DNA of 64,000 bases from Bacteroidales bacterium (GTDB lineage: Bacteria; Bacteroidota; Bacteroidia; Bacteroidales; UBA932), in assembly GCA_017429425.1 (NCBI GenBank), contig JAFROY010000002.1, positions 495,317 through 559,316 of the forward strand, written 5' to 3'. The translations under genes and the position numbers were made by a program. The notes beneath the pieces were generated by a model. It did not search any database and had not been told where the DNA came from. It was given only the letters and a program-made list of their open reading frames with translations. Positions 8,757 through 17,095 of the stretch are shown here, one piece after another (position 1 is the stretch's first letter; the number at the start of each line of letters is the position of its first letter).

Positions 8757-10232
8757 TCAATTCATTCGTTCAAGGGTATTATTCTTACGCCAGCGTGCAT
8801 AGACTGCCATTGCCAGGATAACGGCGGCAAAACCGATCGAATAGCAGATCCACAGATTCATGCCGAAGGCCTTCATCATCAGGAAGGTGGTGCAGACCCA
8901 GGTCATCCAGAGCGCCGGAATCAGCGTGATCAAGACGGGCTTGTGATTCAGCGTCAGGTAGACCGTCAGTGCCCAGAGGGTGAAGACGGAGAGCGCCTGG
9001 TTGGACCATCCGAACCAGCTCCAGATCAGGTTGAAACCGTTTGCATCGTTCATCTGCCACATCAGGATGGCGAATACCACCGCAAAGAGCGGAATACAGA
9101 TATACAGACGCTTGCGGACGGGTTTTTGGTCTAGGTGCAGGAAGTCTGCAATAATCAGGCGCGCGCTGCGCAGGGCGGTGTCACCGCTGGTAATCGGGGC
9201 TGCGACCACACCCAGCAGCGCCAGAATGCCGCCGAAGATGCCCAGCCAGTTGCGGCAGACAATGTTGACGATGCTCGGAGCGTCGTTCAGCGCCGCAGCG
9301 CCGCCGGCCATCAGTTCATAGGCAGGTTCGGGCTTGCCGTAGAAGAAATAGCTGGCTACAGCGGCCCAGATCAAGGCTACGATACCTTCCGTAATCATGG
9401 CGCCGTAAAAGATAGGCCTCCCCTGTTTCTCGTGCGTGATGCAACGGGCCATCAACGGACTCTGCGTAGCATGGAAACCGCTGATTGCGCCGCAGGCAAT
9501 CGAGATAAAGAGACACGGGAAGATGGGGCTGGTGGACATGGAGCCGCCCGGGGTATTGCCGAGGCCCTCCCAGATTTCCGGCATCGAAGGGAACTTGAAA
9601 AGAATCACCACCAGCAGCGAAAGCGCCATGAATATCAGCGCAAAAGCAAACAGCGGATAGATGCGGCCTATGATTTTGTCCACCGGCAGCATCGTTGCGA
9701 TGATATAGTAGGCAAAGACGATGATAATCCAGAAACTGTTCGCGCCCAGGTGGTTCACGAAGAATTCCGGCTCCCAGATGCCGCCCAGGATCTTGGCGGG
9801 GCTGAATACGAACACCGCCCCCACCATCATCAGCAGGAAGATGCTGAAAATGAGCATGACCGTCTTGGTAGTCTTGCCCAGGTAGGTACCGATCAGATCC
9901 GGCAGGTTGGCGCCGCCGTGGCGGACCGAAAGCATTCCGGAAAGATAGTCGTGCACCGCACCGGCGAAGATGCAGCCGAAAACAATCCACAGATAGGCTG
10001 CCGGGCCGAATTTGGCGCCCATGATGGCGCCGAAGATAGGTCCCGTGCCCGCAATGTTCAGGAATTGAATCATGTAGATCTTCCAGGCAGGCAGCGGTGT
10101 GTAGTCCACGCCGTCCCGCTTGGAGATGGCCGGAGTCGGACGGTCGTCCGGTCCGAATACCCGTTCCACGAACCGGCCGTAGAGCAGATATCCCAGTACG
10201 AGCGCAGCCAGTGAGATGAGAAATGAAATCAT
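8757..10232 (-). CDS. cstA: Carbon starvation protein A (peptide/pyruvate transporter family)
   Basis: 491-aa polytopic membrane protein. The N-terminus LGYLLYGRFVERVFGPDD and the block FGCIFAGAVHDYLSGM are typical of CstA. Confidence 0.9.
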   Translation of the reverse strand: MISFLISLAALVLGYLLYGRFVERVFGPDDRPTPAISKRDGVDYTPLPAWKIYMIQFLNIAGTGPIFGAIMGAKFGPAAYLWIVFGCIFAGAVHDYLSGMLSVRHGGANLPDLIGTYLGKTTKTVMLIFSIFLLMMVGAVFVFSPAKILGGIWEPEFFVNHLGANSFWIIIVFAYYIIATMLPVDKIIGRIYPLFAFALIFMALSLLVVILFKFPSMPEIWEGLGNTPGGSMSTSPIFPCLFISIACGAISGFHATQSPLMARCITHEKQGRPIFYGAMITEGIVALIWAAVASYFFYGKPEPAYELMAGGAAALNDAPSIVNIVCRNWLGIFGGILALLGVVAAPITSGDTALRSARLIIADFLHLDQKPVRKRLYICIPLFAVVFAILMWQMNDANGFNLIWSWFGWSNQALSVFTLWALTVYLTLNHKPVLITLIPALWMTWVCTTFLMMKAFGMNLWICYSIGFAAVILAMAVYARWRKNNTLERMN

Positions 10233-10242
10233 ACCAACCTAA

Positions 10243-11346
10243 TTATTCACTGTAATTGTGGTCAATCACGATGCTGACAGGGACATCCGGGAGCGCGACC
10301 TTCAGCTGGTCCTGAAGCAGATCCACAAACGCAGCATCGTTGGTAACGCTCCAGTCTGGAACGACATCCACCGAAACGGCGTTCCGCTCCTCATCATAGT
10401 AAAACGCGTGCACCTGCGTGACGTGTTCCTGTGCGGCAATCGTCTGGGTAACAATCCGCTGCAGTTCCGCATTCTTATTGTCTCCGGTCGCGACGGCGTA
10501 GGTACCGACCGTCATTACGATTCCATATTTGGCGTACATCAGCTCCGAAATCCGGCGCGAAAGGCCGTGAATCCGGTGTGCCGACATAGTATCGGGGACT
10601 GCCACGTGCAGCGATCCGATTGAGAGATTGGGGCCGTATCCGTGCAGAATGATATCGTATACCCCCTGCACTTCATCCATGGATGTAATATCATCCTTGA
10701 TCTGCTGAATCAGGTCGGGCGGTGCCGATGCTCCCAGCAGCTGGTTGATGGGTGAAGAGAGCATCTCCACGCCGGCTTTGATGATCACCAGCGAGATGAT
10801 GGCGCCCAGATAACCGTCCAGCGAGACGTTCCAGATAAGCATGATGCCGGCCGAAACCAAGGTTGCCAGCGTGATGACCGCATCGAAAAGCGCATCCGAA
10901 CCGGAAGCGATCAGGGCGTCGCTGCTGAGCTTTTTACCCGTCTTGCGGACATACAGGCCCAGCACCAGCTTGGTCAGGATGGCCACCACAATCACAATGA
11001 GGGTGACAGTGGTATAGTCCGGTTCCGTGGGGGTGATGATCTTTTTGATGGATTCTACCAGCGACGTCACACCCGTCGTGAGTACGATGACGGCAATGAT
11101 AATGGCGCTGAAGTACTCCACGCGGCCGTGGCCGAAGGGATGCTTGGCGTCGGCCGGACGGCCGGAGAGTTTGGTACCGATGATCGTGATAACGCTGGAA
11201 AGCGCGTCACTGAGGTTGTTGACGGCATCGAGCACGACGGCAACGGAATTCGCCAGCAGGCCTACGATGGCCTTGAACGATGCCAGAAACACGTTGGCAA
11301 CGATTCCGATCACGCTGGTCCGGATAATCTGTTTGGAGCGGTTCAT
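10243..11346 (-). CDS. Cation diffusion facilitator family metal efflux transporter
   Basis: 367 aa, with a six-TM domain followed by a cytoplasmic C-terminal domain. NLSDALSSVITIIGTK and HPFGHGRVEYF are CDF-type blocks. Confidence 0.85.
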   Translation of the reverse strand: MNRSKQIIRTSVIGIVANVFLASFKAIVGLLANSVAVVLDAVNNLSDALSSVITIIGTKLSGRPADAKHPFGHGRVEYFSAIIIAVIVLTTGVTSLVESIKKIITPTEPDYTTVTLIVIVVAILTKLVLGLYVRKTGKKLSSDALIASGSDALFDAVITLATLVSAGIMLIWNVSLDGYLGAIISLVIIKAGVEMLSSPINQLLGASAPPDLIQQIKDDITSMDEVQGVYDIILHGYGPNLSIGSLHVAVPDTMSAHRIHGLSRRISELMYAKYGIVMTVGTYAVATGDNKNAELQRIVTQTIAAQEHVTQVHAFYYDEERNAVSVDVVPDWSVTNDAAFVDLLQDQLKVALPDVPVSIVIDHNYSE

Positions 11347-11355
11347 TCTTTTATA

Positions 11356-13890
11356 CTATTTTGTCCAGATTTCGTCGGTAAAGATGAAGCCGGGATTGCC
11401 GGCGCCCGGGTGCCAGGAAGGGATGGTGCCGATATTCTTGGCAAATACCTTCACGTAGCGGGCGGTACAGCCAACCGGCAGTTCTGCGTCCCAAACCTGC
11501 ACTTCCCGGTCGGTTTCGTCGACCTTGTTTTCCAGACGGCCTGCGACCGTATAGTTCTCGCCGTCAGAGGAGACGGAAAACTCCACGTACTGCGGCATCC
11601 AGATCCAGGAACGGGAATCCTGCAGGAATCCTGCGCCAATGATGCTTATTTCGCGTTCTGAGAGCAGATCCAGTACCGCTTCGAAGTCGGTATCCACATA
11701 ACCCTGCCAGCCGCCGGTACGCCAGTTTTTAGGGCCGCGGATGCCGTCGATCAGTCCTTCGTCGCCGCCAGCAGTGTATTGACGGCTGTAGCGCGAATGG
11801 ATGGCGATTTTCCGGTCGGAAAGCACCTTGCGCACGCGGCAGGTGGTCAGGAAACTGCGCTCGCCGTCCCTTTCGGACCATGTGGTGAGCAAACAAGGTT
11901 CATAGACCGTAAAGGGCCCTTCGTAACGCCGGGCCTCATCATCGCCCACCGTATAATAGATATCCCCTTCTCCCTGGATGGAAACGCTGAGGGAGTCCCG
12001 GAACAGGTCATTCTCCATCACGAAGGCCGGATTGGTCACGAGGGTTGCCGGCATCGAAGTGGTGACAGCGCCCGGTGCCGCGGGGCAAACCGGGTATTTT
12101 CCGAGTGCGGAGAGCACATACCAGGCACTCGTCTGGCCGCAGTCGTCGTTGCCGCAAAGACCGTCTGGTGCTGAGGTATAGAGCGTTTCGAGAATCCTGT
12201 CGACGATTGCCTGCCGTTTGTCGGGACGGCCGATGGCATCATAAAGATAGGCGATATGGTGGCTGGGCTCGTTGCCGTGGGCATACTGGCCAATCTGGCC
12301 GGTAATATCGACCTGCGTACGGCCGGTAGTCTGCTCCGGAGCGGAGAAGAGCGCATCCAGCCGCGCTTCAAAGGCCTCCGGACCGCCCAGCGCGCGGATC
12401 AGCCCTTCGATATCCTGCGGCACGAAGAAGCTGTACTGCCAGGAATTGGCCTCGGTGTAGTTGTTGTTGACTTCCCGGGGATCAAAGGGGCTGAACCAGC
12501 GCCCGTTGAGCCGTGCCCGCATGAAACGGGTCTCCGGATCGAGCACGTTCTTCCAGTACTGCGCGCTCTTCATGTAGCGCCCGTACTCTTCCGTTTTGCC
12601 CAGCAGTTTGGCTGCCTGGGCCACGCACCAGTCATCGTAGGCATACTCCAGGGTCTTGGAGACGCTTTCATGCTCGTCATCGGCCAGCACCAGGCCGTTT
12701 TTGCGGAAACTCTCCAGCCCGAACTCCTTGGTGAGCGAAGAAGCGACCATTGCCTCGAAGGCTTTTTCGTAGTCGAATCCCTTCAATCCGCGAACCATGG
12801 CGTCCGCAATCACCGGAACGGCGTTGTAACCGATCATGCAGTTGGTTTCGTAGCCCGAAAGCTCCCAGACAGGCAATTTGCCGGCCTCTTCGTAGATGGA
12901 GATCATCGAACGGATGAAATCCACCGTGCGCTCCGGCTCGATTTCCGTGAGCAGCGGATGTTCGGCGCGGAAGGTATCCCACAGCGAAAAGACGGTGTAA
13001 CGCTCCCACCCTTCCGCCTTGTGCACCTTGCGATCCATGCCCAGATATTCCCCGTTCACATCACTGTAGAGGGTCGGATGAATGGCGGTATGGTAGAGCG
13101 CCGTATAGAACCGGATGCGGTGATCGCGGTCTTTATACGGGCACGGGACTTTCTTCAGGTAAGCCTCCCAGGCCTTTTCCGTGCGCTTTTTCAGCGCTTT
13201 CAGGGAGGTCATCGCTTCGCTGCGCATGTTCTCGCGCGCATTTTCCCAACTGACGGACGAAATGCCGGCACGGATGGTAAGCGTATTGCCGGAGAAGACG
13301 ATTTCCGCCTTTTCCCCGTCAATATGGGACTCCTTTACCGGTTTGTCGAACTCCAGATAGAAGAAAACCTGTTGTCCCTGCGCCCACCAGGAAGAGGTGC
13401 GGTGGCCGTAACAGCAGTTCGCACCGACTTCCAGCGCGCAGGCGTCCAGAATCTCGCGAAAACCGAGATCGATCGTGATGCTGGCATCGGTTCCCTTCGG
13501 GAATGTATACTGATGCATCGCACCGCGACGGCCGGTGGCCAGTTCAACCTGCACCCCGGGATCGTCCAGATAGACGCTGTAATAGCCCGGAGAGGCATTT
13601 TCGTTGGCATGCGAGAAACGGGAAGGCTTGCCGCCCGGAACGACCAGGATGTCGCACCAGTCCTGGCAGCCCGTGCCGCTGAGATGCGTGTGGGAAAAAC
13701 CGTAAATGAGGCTGTCGCTGTAATGATAGCCGCTGCACCCGTCCCAATCATTGGCGTCGGGACGGGTGTCAGGACTCAGCTGAATCATTCCAAAGGGATA
13801 TGCCGCTCCGGGGAAAGTGTGCCCGTGTGCGTCTGTCCCTATGATGGGGTTTACAAATGGCAACAGCGATAGGAACAGCGCGAGTAGCAT
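11356..13890 (-). CDS. GH92 alpha-mannosidase with C-terminal discoidin (F5/8 type C)-like domain
   Basis: N-terminal FVNPIIGTDAHGHTFPGAAYPFGMIQLSPDT and catalytic-region YAHGNEPSHHIAYLY are GH92 hallmarks. An extra C-terminal beta-sandwich-like tail of about 140 aa follows. Confidence 0.85.
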   Translation of the reverse strand: MLLALFLSLLPFVNPIIGTDAHGHTFPGAAYPFGMIQLSPDTRPDANDWDGCSGYHYSDSLIYGFSHTHLSGTGCQDWCDILVVPGGKPSRFSHANENASPGYYSVYLDDPGVQVELATGRRGAMHQYTFPKGTDASITIDLGFREILDACALEVGANCCYGHRTSSWWAQGQQVFFYLEFDKPVKESHIDGEKAEIVFSGNTLTIRAGISSVSWENARENMRSEAMTSLKALKKRTEKAWEAYLKKVPCPYKDRDHRIRFYTALYHTAIHPTLYSDVNGEYLGMDRKVHKAEGWERYTVFSLWDTFRAEHPLLTEIEPERTVDFIRSMISIYEEAGKLPVWELSGYETNCMIGYNAVPVIADAMVRGLKGFDYEKAFEAMVASSLTKEFGLESFRKNGLVLADDEHESVSKTLEYAYDDWCVAQAAKLLGKTEEYGRYMKSAQYWKNVLDPETRFMRARLNGRWFSPFDPREVNNNYTEANSWQYSFFVPQDIEGLIRALGGPEAFEARLDALFSAPEQTTGRTQVDITGQIGQYAHGNEPSHHIAYLYDAIGRPDKRQAIVDRILETLYTSAPDGLCGNDDCGQTSAWYVLSALGKYPVCPAAPGAVTTSMPATLVTNPAFVMENDLFRDSLSVSIQGEGDIYYTVGDDEARRYEGPFTVYEPCLLTTWSERDGERSFLTTCRVRKVLSDRKIAIHSRYSRQYTAGGDEGLIDGIRGPKNWRTGGWQGYVDTDFEAVLDLLSEREISIIGAGFLQDSRSWIWMPQYVEFSVSSDGENYTVAGRLENKVDETDREVQVWDAELPVGCTARYVKVFAKNIGTIPSWHPGAGNPGFIFTDEIWTK

Positions 13891-13895
13891 AATCT

Positions 13896-15191
13896 CTAAA
13901 TTTTAAGTCTCAGGAAACTGTATCCGAAGCGCTTGCAAGCGGCTTTTTCGAGCTCTTCACGGTCGTCCGGATGGGCGATTCCGATGAGGGCTTTGGCGCG
14001 TTGCGCCAGGTTCTTGCCGCGGAGGTAGGCGATGCCCCACTCCGTAGCGACATACTGCGTCTGGAAGCGGGTCGTCACCACACCGGCGCCCGGCGTCAGG
14101 GTCGGGACAATCTTTCCTTTGCCCTTGTTCGTACGCGAAGGCAGCGCAATGAAGCACTTGCCCCCTTCCGAAAGCGAGCAGCCGTACATAAAGTCGTGCT
14201 GTCCGCCGACGCCGGAGAAGATCATCTCACCGATCGAATCGGCGCAGATCTGACCGGTCAGGTCGACCTCCAGGGCGGAATTGATGGCGCAGGCCTTGGG
14301 GTTCTGCGCAATCAGGAACGGATTGTTGGTGTAGGCCACGTCGTAGAACTCCATCGTCTTGTTGTGGTCGATGAATTCGTACATCTCCTTGGAGCCCAGG
14401 GCGAGCGCAGCGATACTGACGCCCGGATGGACCTTCTTCAGGGAGTTGTCTATCACACCCTCTTTCATCAGGCGGATTACGCCGTCGGTCATGGCCTCGG
14501 TATGCAGACCCAGGTGCTTGTGGTGCTTGATGCCGTTCAAAATGGCGTTGGGAATGCCTCCCACGCCGATCTGGAGGCAGGCACCGTCCGGAATCTCGGC
14601 CGCCACGTTGGCCCCGATCGCCTTTTCAATCTCCGTAGGTTCACCGAACTGCATCGCGATGGGCGGCACATTGCAGCGGACCGCAGCGGAAATCTTGGAC
14701 TCATGGATAAGGCAACCGCCATAGAGATACGGGATTGCCTCGTTGACCTGTGCGATCACCACCTTTGCGCATTCGACGGCCGCCACGGAGATATCGCAAC
14801 CGATACCATAGCTGCAATAACCGTTTTCATCCGGCAGCGAGCAGTTGATAAAGGCCACGTCTACGGGCAGTTCGTTGTTGCGGAAAAGGGCCGGCACTTC
14901 GCTCAGGAAACAGGGCGTCAGCGATCCGTAACCCTCCGCCACGTGCTTGCGCTGGTCGGCGCAGAGGAAGATGCTGTTCACCAGGAAAGAATCCTTGTAC
15001 TCCGGTTTGCAGAACGGGGCCGGTCCTTCGGTGATGTTGAAACCCGAAACGATCTGCACGTCGCGCAGTTCATCCGCACGGCGGGCCAGGGCTTCCTGAA
15101 GGATTACGGGGACGGAGGTGCTACCCTGGCAGCATACGGTATCACCGCTTTTGACCAGGCGTACGGCTTCGTCGGCTGTTACATATTTCAT
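13896..15191 (-). CDS. Acetyl-CoA hydrolase/transferase family protein (4-hydroxybutyrate / acyl-CoA:acetate CoA-transferase type)
   Basis: 431 aa with MKYVTADEAVRLVKSGDTV at the N-terminus and the SGVGGQHDFMYG block typical of this CoA-transferase family. Confidence 0.8.
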   Translation of the reverse strand: MKYVTADEAVRLVKSGDTVCCQGSTSVPVILQEALARRADELRDVQIVSGFNITEGPAPFCKPEYKDSFLVNSIFLCADQRKHVAEGYGSLTPCFLSEVPALFRNNELPVDVAFINCSLPDENGYCSYGIGCDISVAAVECAKVVIAQVNEAIPYLYGGCLIHESKISAAVRCNVPPIAMQFGEPTEIEKAIGANVAAEIPDGACLQIGVGGIPNAILNGIKHHKHLGLHTEAMTDGVIRLMKEGVIDNSLKKVHPGVSIAALALGSKEMYEFIDHNKTMEFYDVAYTNNPFLIAQNPKACAINSALEVDLTGQICADSIGEMIFSGVGGQHDFMYGCSLSEGGKCFIALPSRTNKGKGKIVPTLTPGAGVVTTRFQTQYVATEWGIAYLRGKNLAQRAKALIGIAHPDDREELEKAACKRFGYSFLRLKI

Positions 15192-15197
15192 AAGGCG

Positions 15198-16508
15198 CTA
15201 ACCAACAAGTTTTACGAAGAGTTTGAGGTTCTCGTCGAGTTTGCGGAAGTCATCGTCGGTCACCAGGCGGGAGACGCAGACGCGGATACCGGCCTGGCCG
15301 CTGCCCGTGGTGTTGAGCGGAATGGCGATAATGCCGCAGCGCAGCAGCGCCTCGAGCAGTTCGCGGTTCCCCATCGACTTGTATTCCACCGTGTAGAAGA
15401 AACCGTCGCTGATGGTCTGCTCGATATCCTTGTCATAAACCAGATGGAATCCGTTCTTCTCGAACAGTTCGCGGGAACGGTGTGCGCGGAGAGCGTATTC
15501 ACGCAGTTCCTTCACGAAGTTGTACTTGCCTTCCGCAGCAGCCTTGAACATGGCCGAAAGCGCATACTGTGCGGAATGCGAGGTTCCCGAAGTATTGATA
15601 TAGAGGTAATTCAGAATGAAGTTGTCGCCGAAACGGCCGATCCCCCACTTCTCTTTGAGCGCCGGATATTCGCGGTCGTAGAGTTTGTTGGAGATACAGC
15701 TGATACCGATGCGCTCGCCTGCATAGCTGAAGATCTTGGAACCGGAGAGCAGCAGCACGTAGTTGTCGGTGTAGCGTGCCACGGTGCTCTGGAACGGCGG
15801 CTGGTACGGCACGGACATATCTTTGCGGAAGTCCATGCAGAGGTAAGCCATATCTTCGAGAATGATGACGTCGTACTTGTTGGCCAGATCGCCGATAATG
15901 GCCAGTTCCTCCTCCGAGAGGCAGATCCACGCGGGATTGTTCGGGTTGGAATAGAGAATGGCGGCGATGTTGCCCTCCTTGAGGTACGATTCCAGTTTCT
16001 CGCGCAGGCGCTCGGAACGGTACTCGTAAACGTCGAAGTAGAGGTTCTTGATGCCCAGAATGTCCGGCTGACGGCCGTGTGCCGAGAAACCGGGGCAGAT
16101 ATAGAGAATCGTGTCTTTCTTCTTGTCAATCTGCGAGCACTCCAGGACGCTGGTCATACTGCCCTGCATGGAACCCACGGTGGGAACGATGCACTTCGGG
16201 TCGATGTCCACGTCGATGAAAGCTTTGACGAAAGCGGCGGCGTTCTTCTTCAGCTCGGGAATACCCTGAACCGGGGGATAGATGGCGGAGAGGCCTTTGT
16301 CAAGCGCTTCCTTCTGTGCCGCGATACCGATCGGGCAGGCAGGGATACCGGGCACGCCGATCTCCAGGTGGGAGAATGATTCACCTTTGGCCTCTTCCAG
16401 TTTGTTGCCGAGCATCTGGCACTGGCGGATGGAGGTGCGGGAGACATCGTCGATGTCCATCTCCGCGAGAATCTTATGGAATACTTCCTGCGAAACGGGT
16501 TCTTTCAT
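15198..16508 (-). CDS. PLP-dependent aminotransferase, class I/II
   Basis: 436 aa. SGSKIFSYAGERIG carries the PLP-lysine motif. It is 6 nt from both neighbours in the ior train. Confidence 0.8.
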   Translation of the reverse strand: MKEPVSQEVFHKILAEMDIDDVSRTSIRQCQMLGNKLEEAKGESFSHLEIGVPGIPACPIGIAAQKEALDKGLSAIYPPVQGIPELKKNAAAFVKAFIDVDIDPKCIVPTVGSMQGSMTSVLECSQIDKKKDTILYICPGFSAHGRQPDILGIKNLYFDVYEYRSERLREKLESYLKEGNIAAILYSNPNNPAWICLSEEELAIIGDLANKYDVIILEDMAYLCMDFRKDMSVPYQPPFQSTVARYTDNYVLLLSGSKIFSYAGERIGISCISNKLYDREYPALKEKWGIGRFGDNFILNYLYINTSGTSHSAQYALSAMFKAAAEGKYNFVKELREYALRAHRSRELFEKNGFHLVYDKDIEQTISDGFFYTVEYKSMGNRELLEALLRCGIIAIPLNTTGSGQAGIRVCVSRLVTDDDFRKLDENLKLFVKLVG

Positions 16509-16514
16509 AGCGGA

Positions 16515-17093
16515 TTATTTACGTGCCGATGCGAAGCCTGCATCGAAGGCTTTGAGGTTGGCTGCGACAATATCCTCGCCCTTGCGGCCGAAGATCCGGC
16601 GGATGCCGTCGCGAAGCTTCTCGGGTTCAAGAATCTGGAGCATAGCGGCCATTGCGCCCAGCAGAATCATATTGGCGCTGCGGGGGGAATGGATTTCCTG
16701 TGCCATCGCATCCACGTCGATAGCTACGCAGTGCGGGAACTTCTTGAGCTCGGCCATCACGGCGTTCATATCGGGATAGTTGGGGATATTGACGAACGGC
16801 GCGGTGTTGGTCACGATCCAGCCGTCCTTGGCCAGCCAGGGCACATAACGCAGCGCTTCCATCGGCTCGAGCGAAACGATCAGGTCAGCGTGGCCGTGCG
16901 GAATCAGGTCGCTGTGGATGGGATTGGATGAAAGGCGGAGGTGCGACTGCACGTCGCCACCGCGCTGGCTCATTCCGTGAACCTCAGCCTGTTTCAGGTA
17001 AAGTCCCTGCTCGAGAGCGGCGGAACCGATAACCGTGGCGATCGAGAGGATGCCTTGTCCTCCCACGCCTGCAAGTATGATATCTTGTTTCAT
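16515..17093 (-). CDS. iorB: Indolepyruvate:ferredoxin oxidoreductase subunit beta
   Basis: MKQDIILAGVGGQGILS start at ATG 17093 (the track start is further upstream). Only a 2-nt gap separates it from iorA. It has the gamma-like OFOR fold. Confidence 0.85.
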   Translation of the reverse strand: MKQDIILAGVGGQGILSIATVIGSAALEQGLYLKQAEVHGMSQRGGDVQSHLRLSSNPIHSDLIPHGHADLIVSLEPMEALRYVPWLAKDGWIVTNTAPFVNIPNYPDMNAVMAELKKFPHCVAIDVDAMAQEIHSPRSANMILLGAMAAMLQILEPEKLRDGIRRIFGRKGEDIVAANLKAFDAGFASARK

Positions 17094-17095
17094 AA

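Noticed and set aside
13971-16379. 802-aa ORF on the plus strand spanning the CoA-transferase and aminotransferase genes
   Set aside because: It is antisense to two genes with clear family motifs. Its translation is low-complexity (Arg/Gly/Ala/Val/His-rich) with no recognisable domain. Stop-poor antisense frames are expected in 55-60% GC DNA with strong codon bias.
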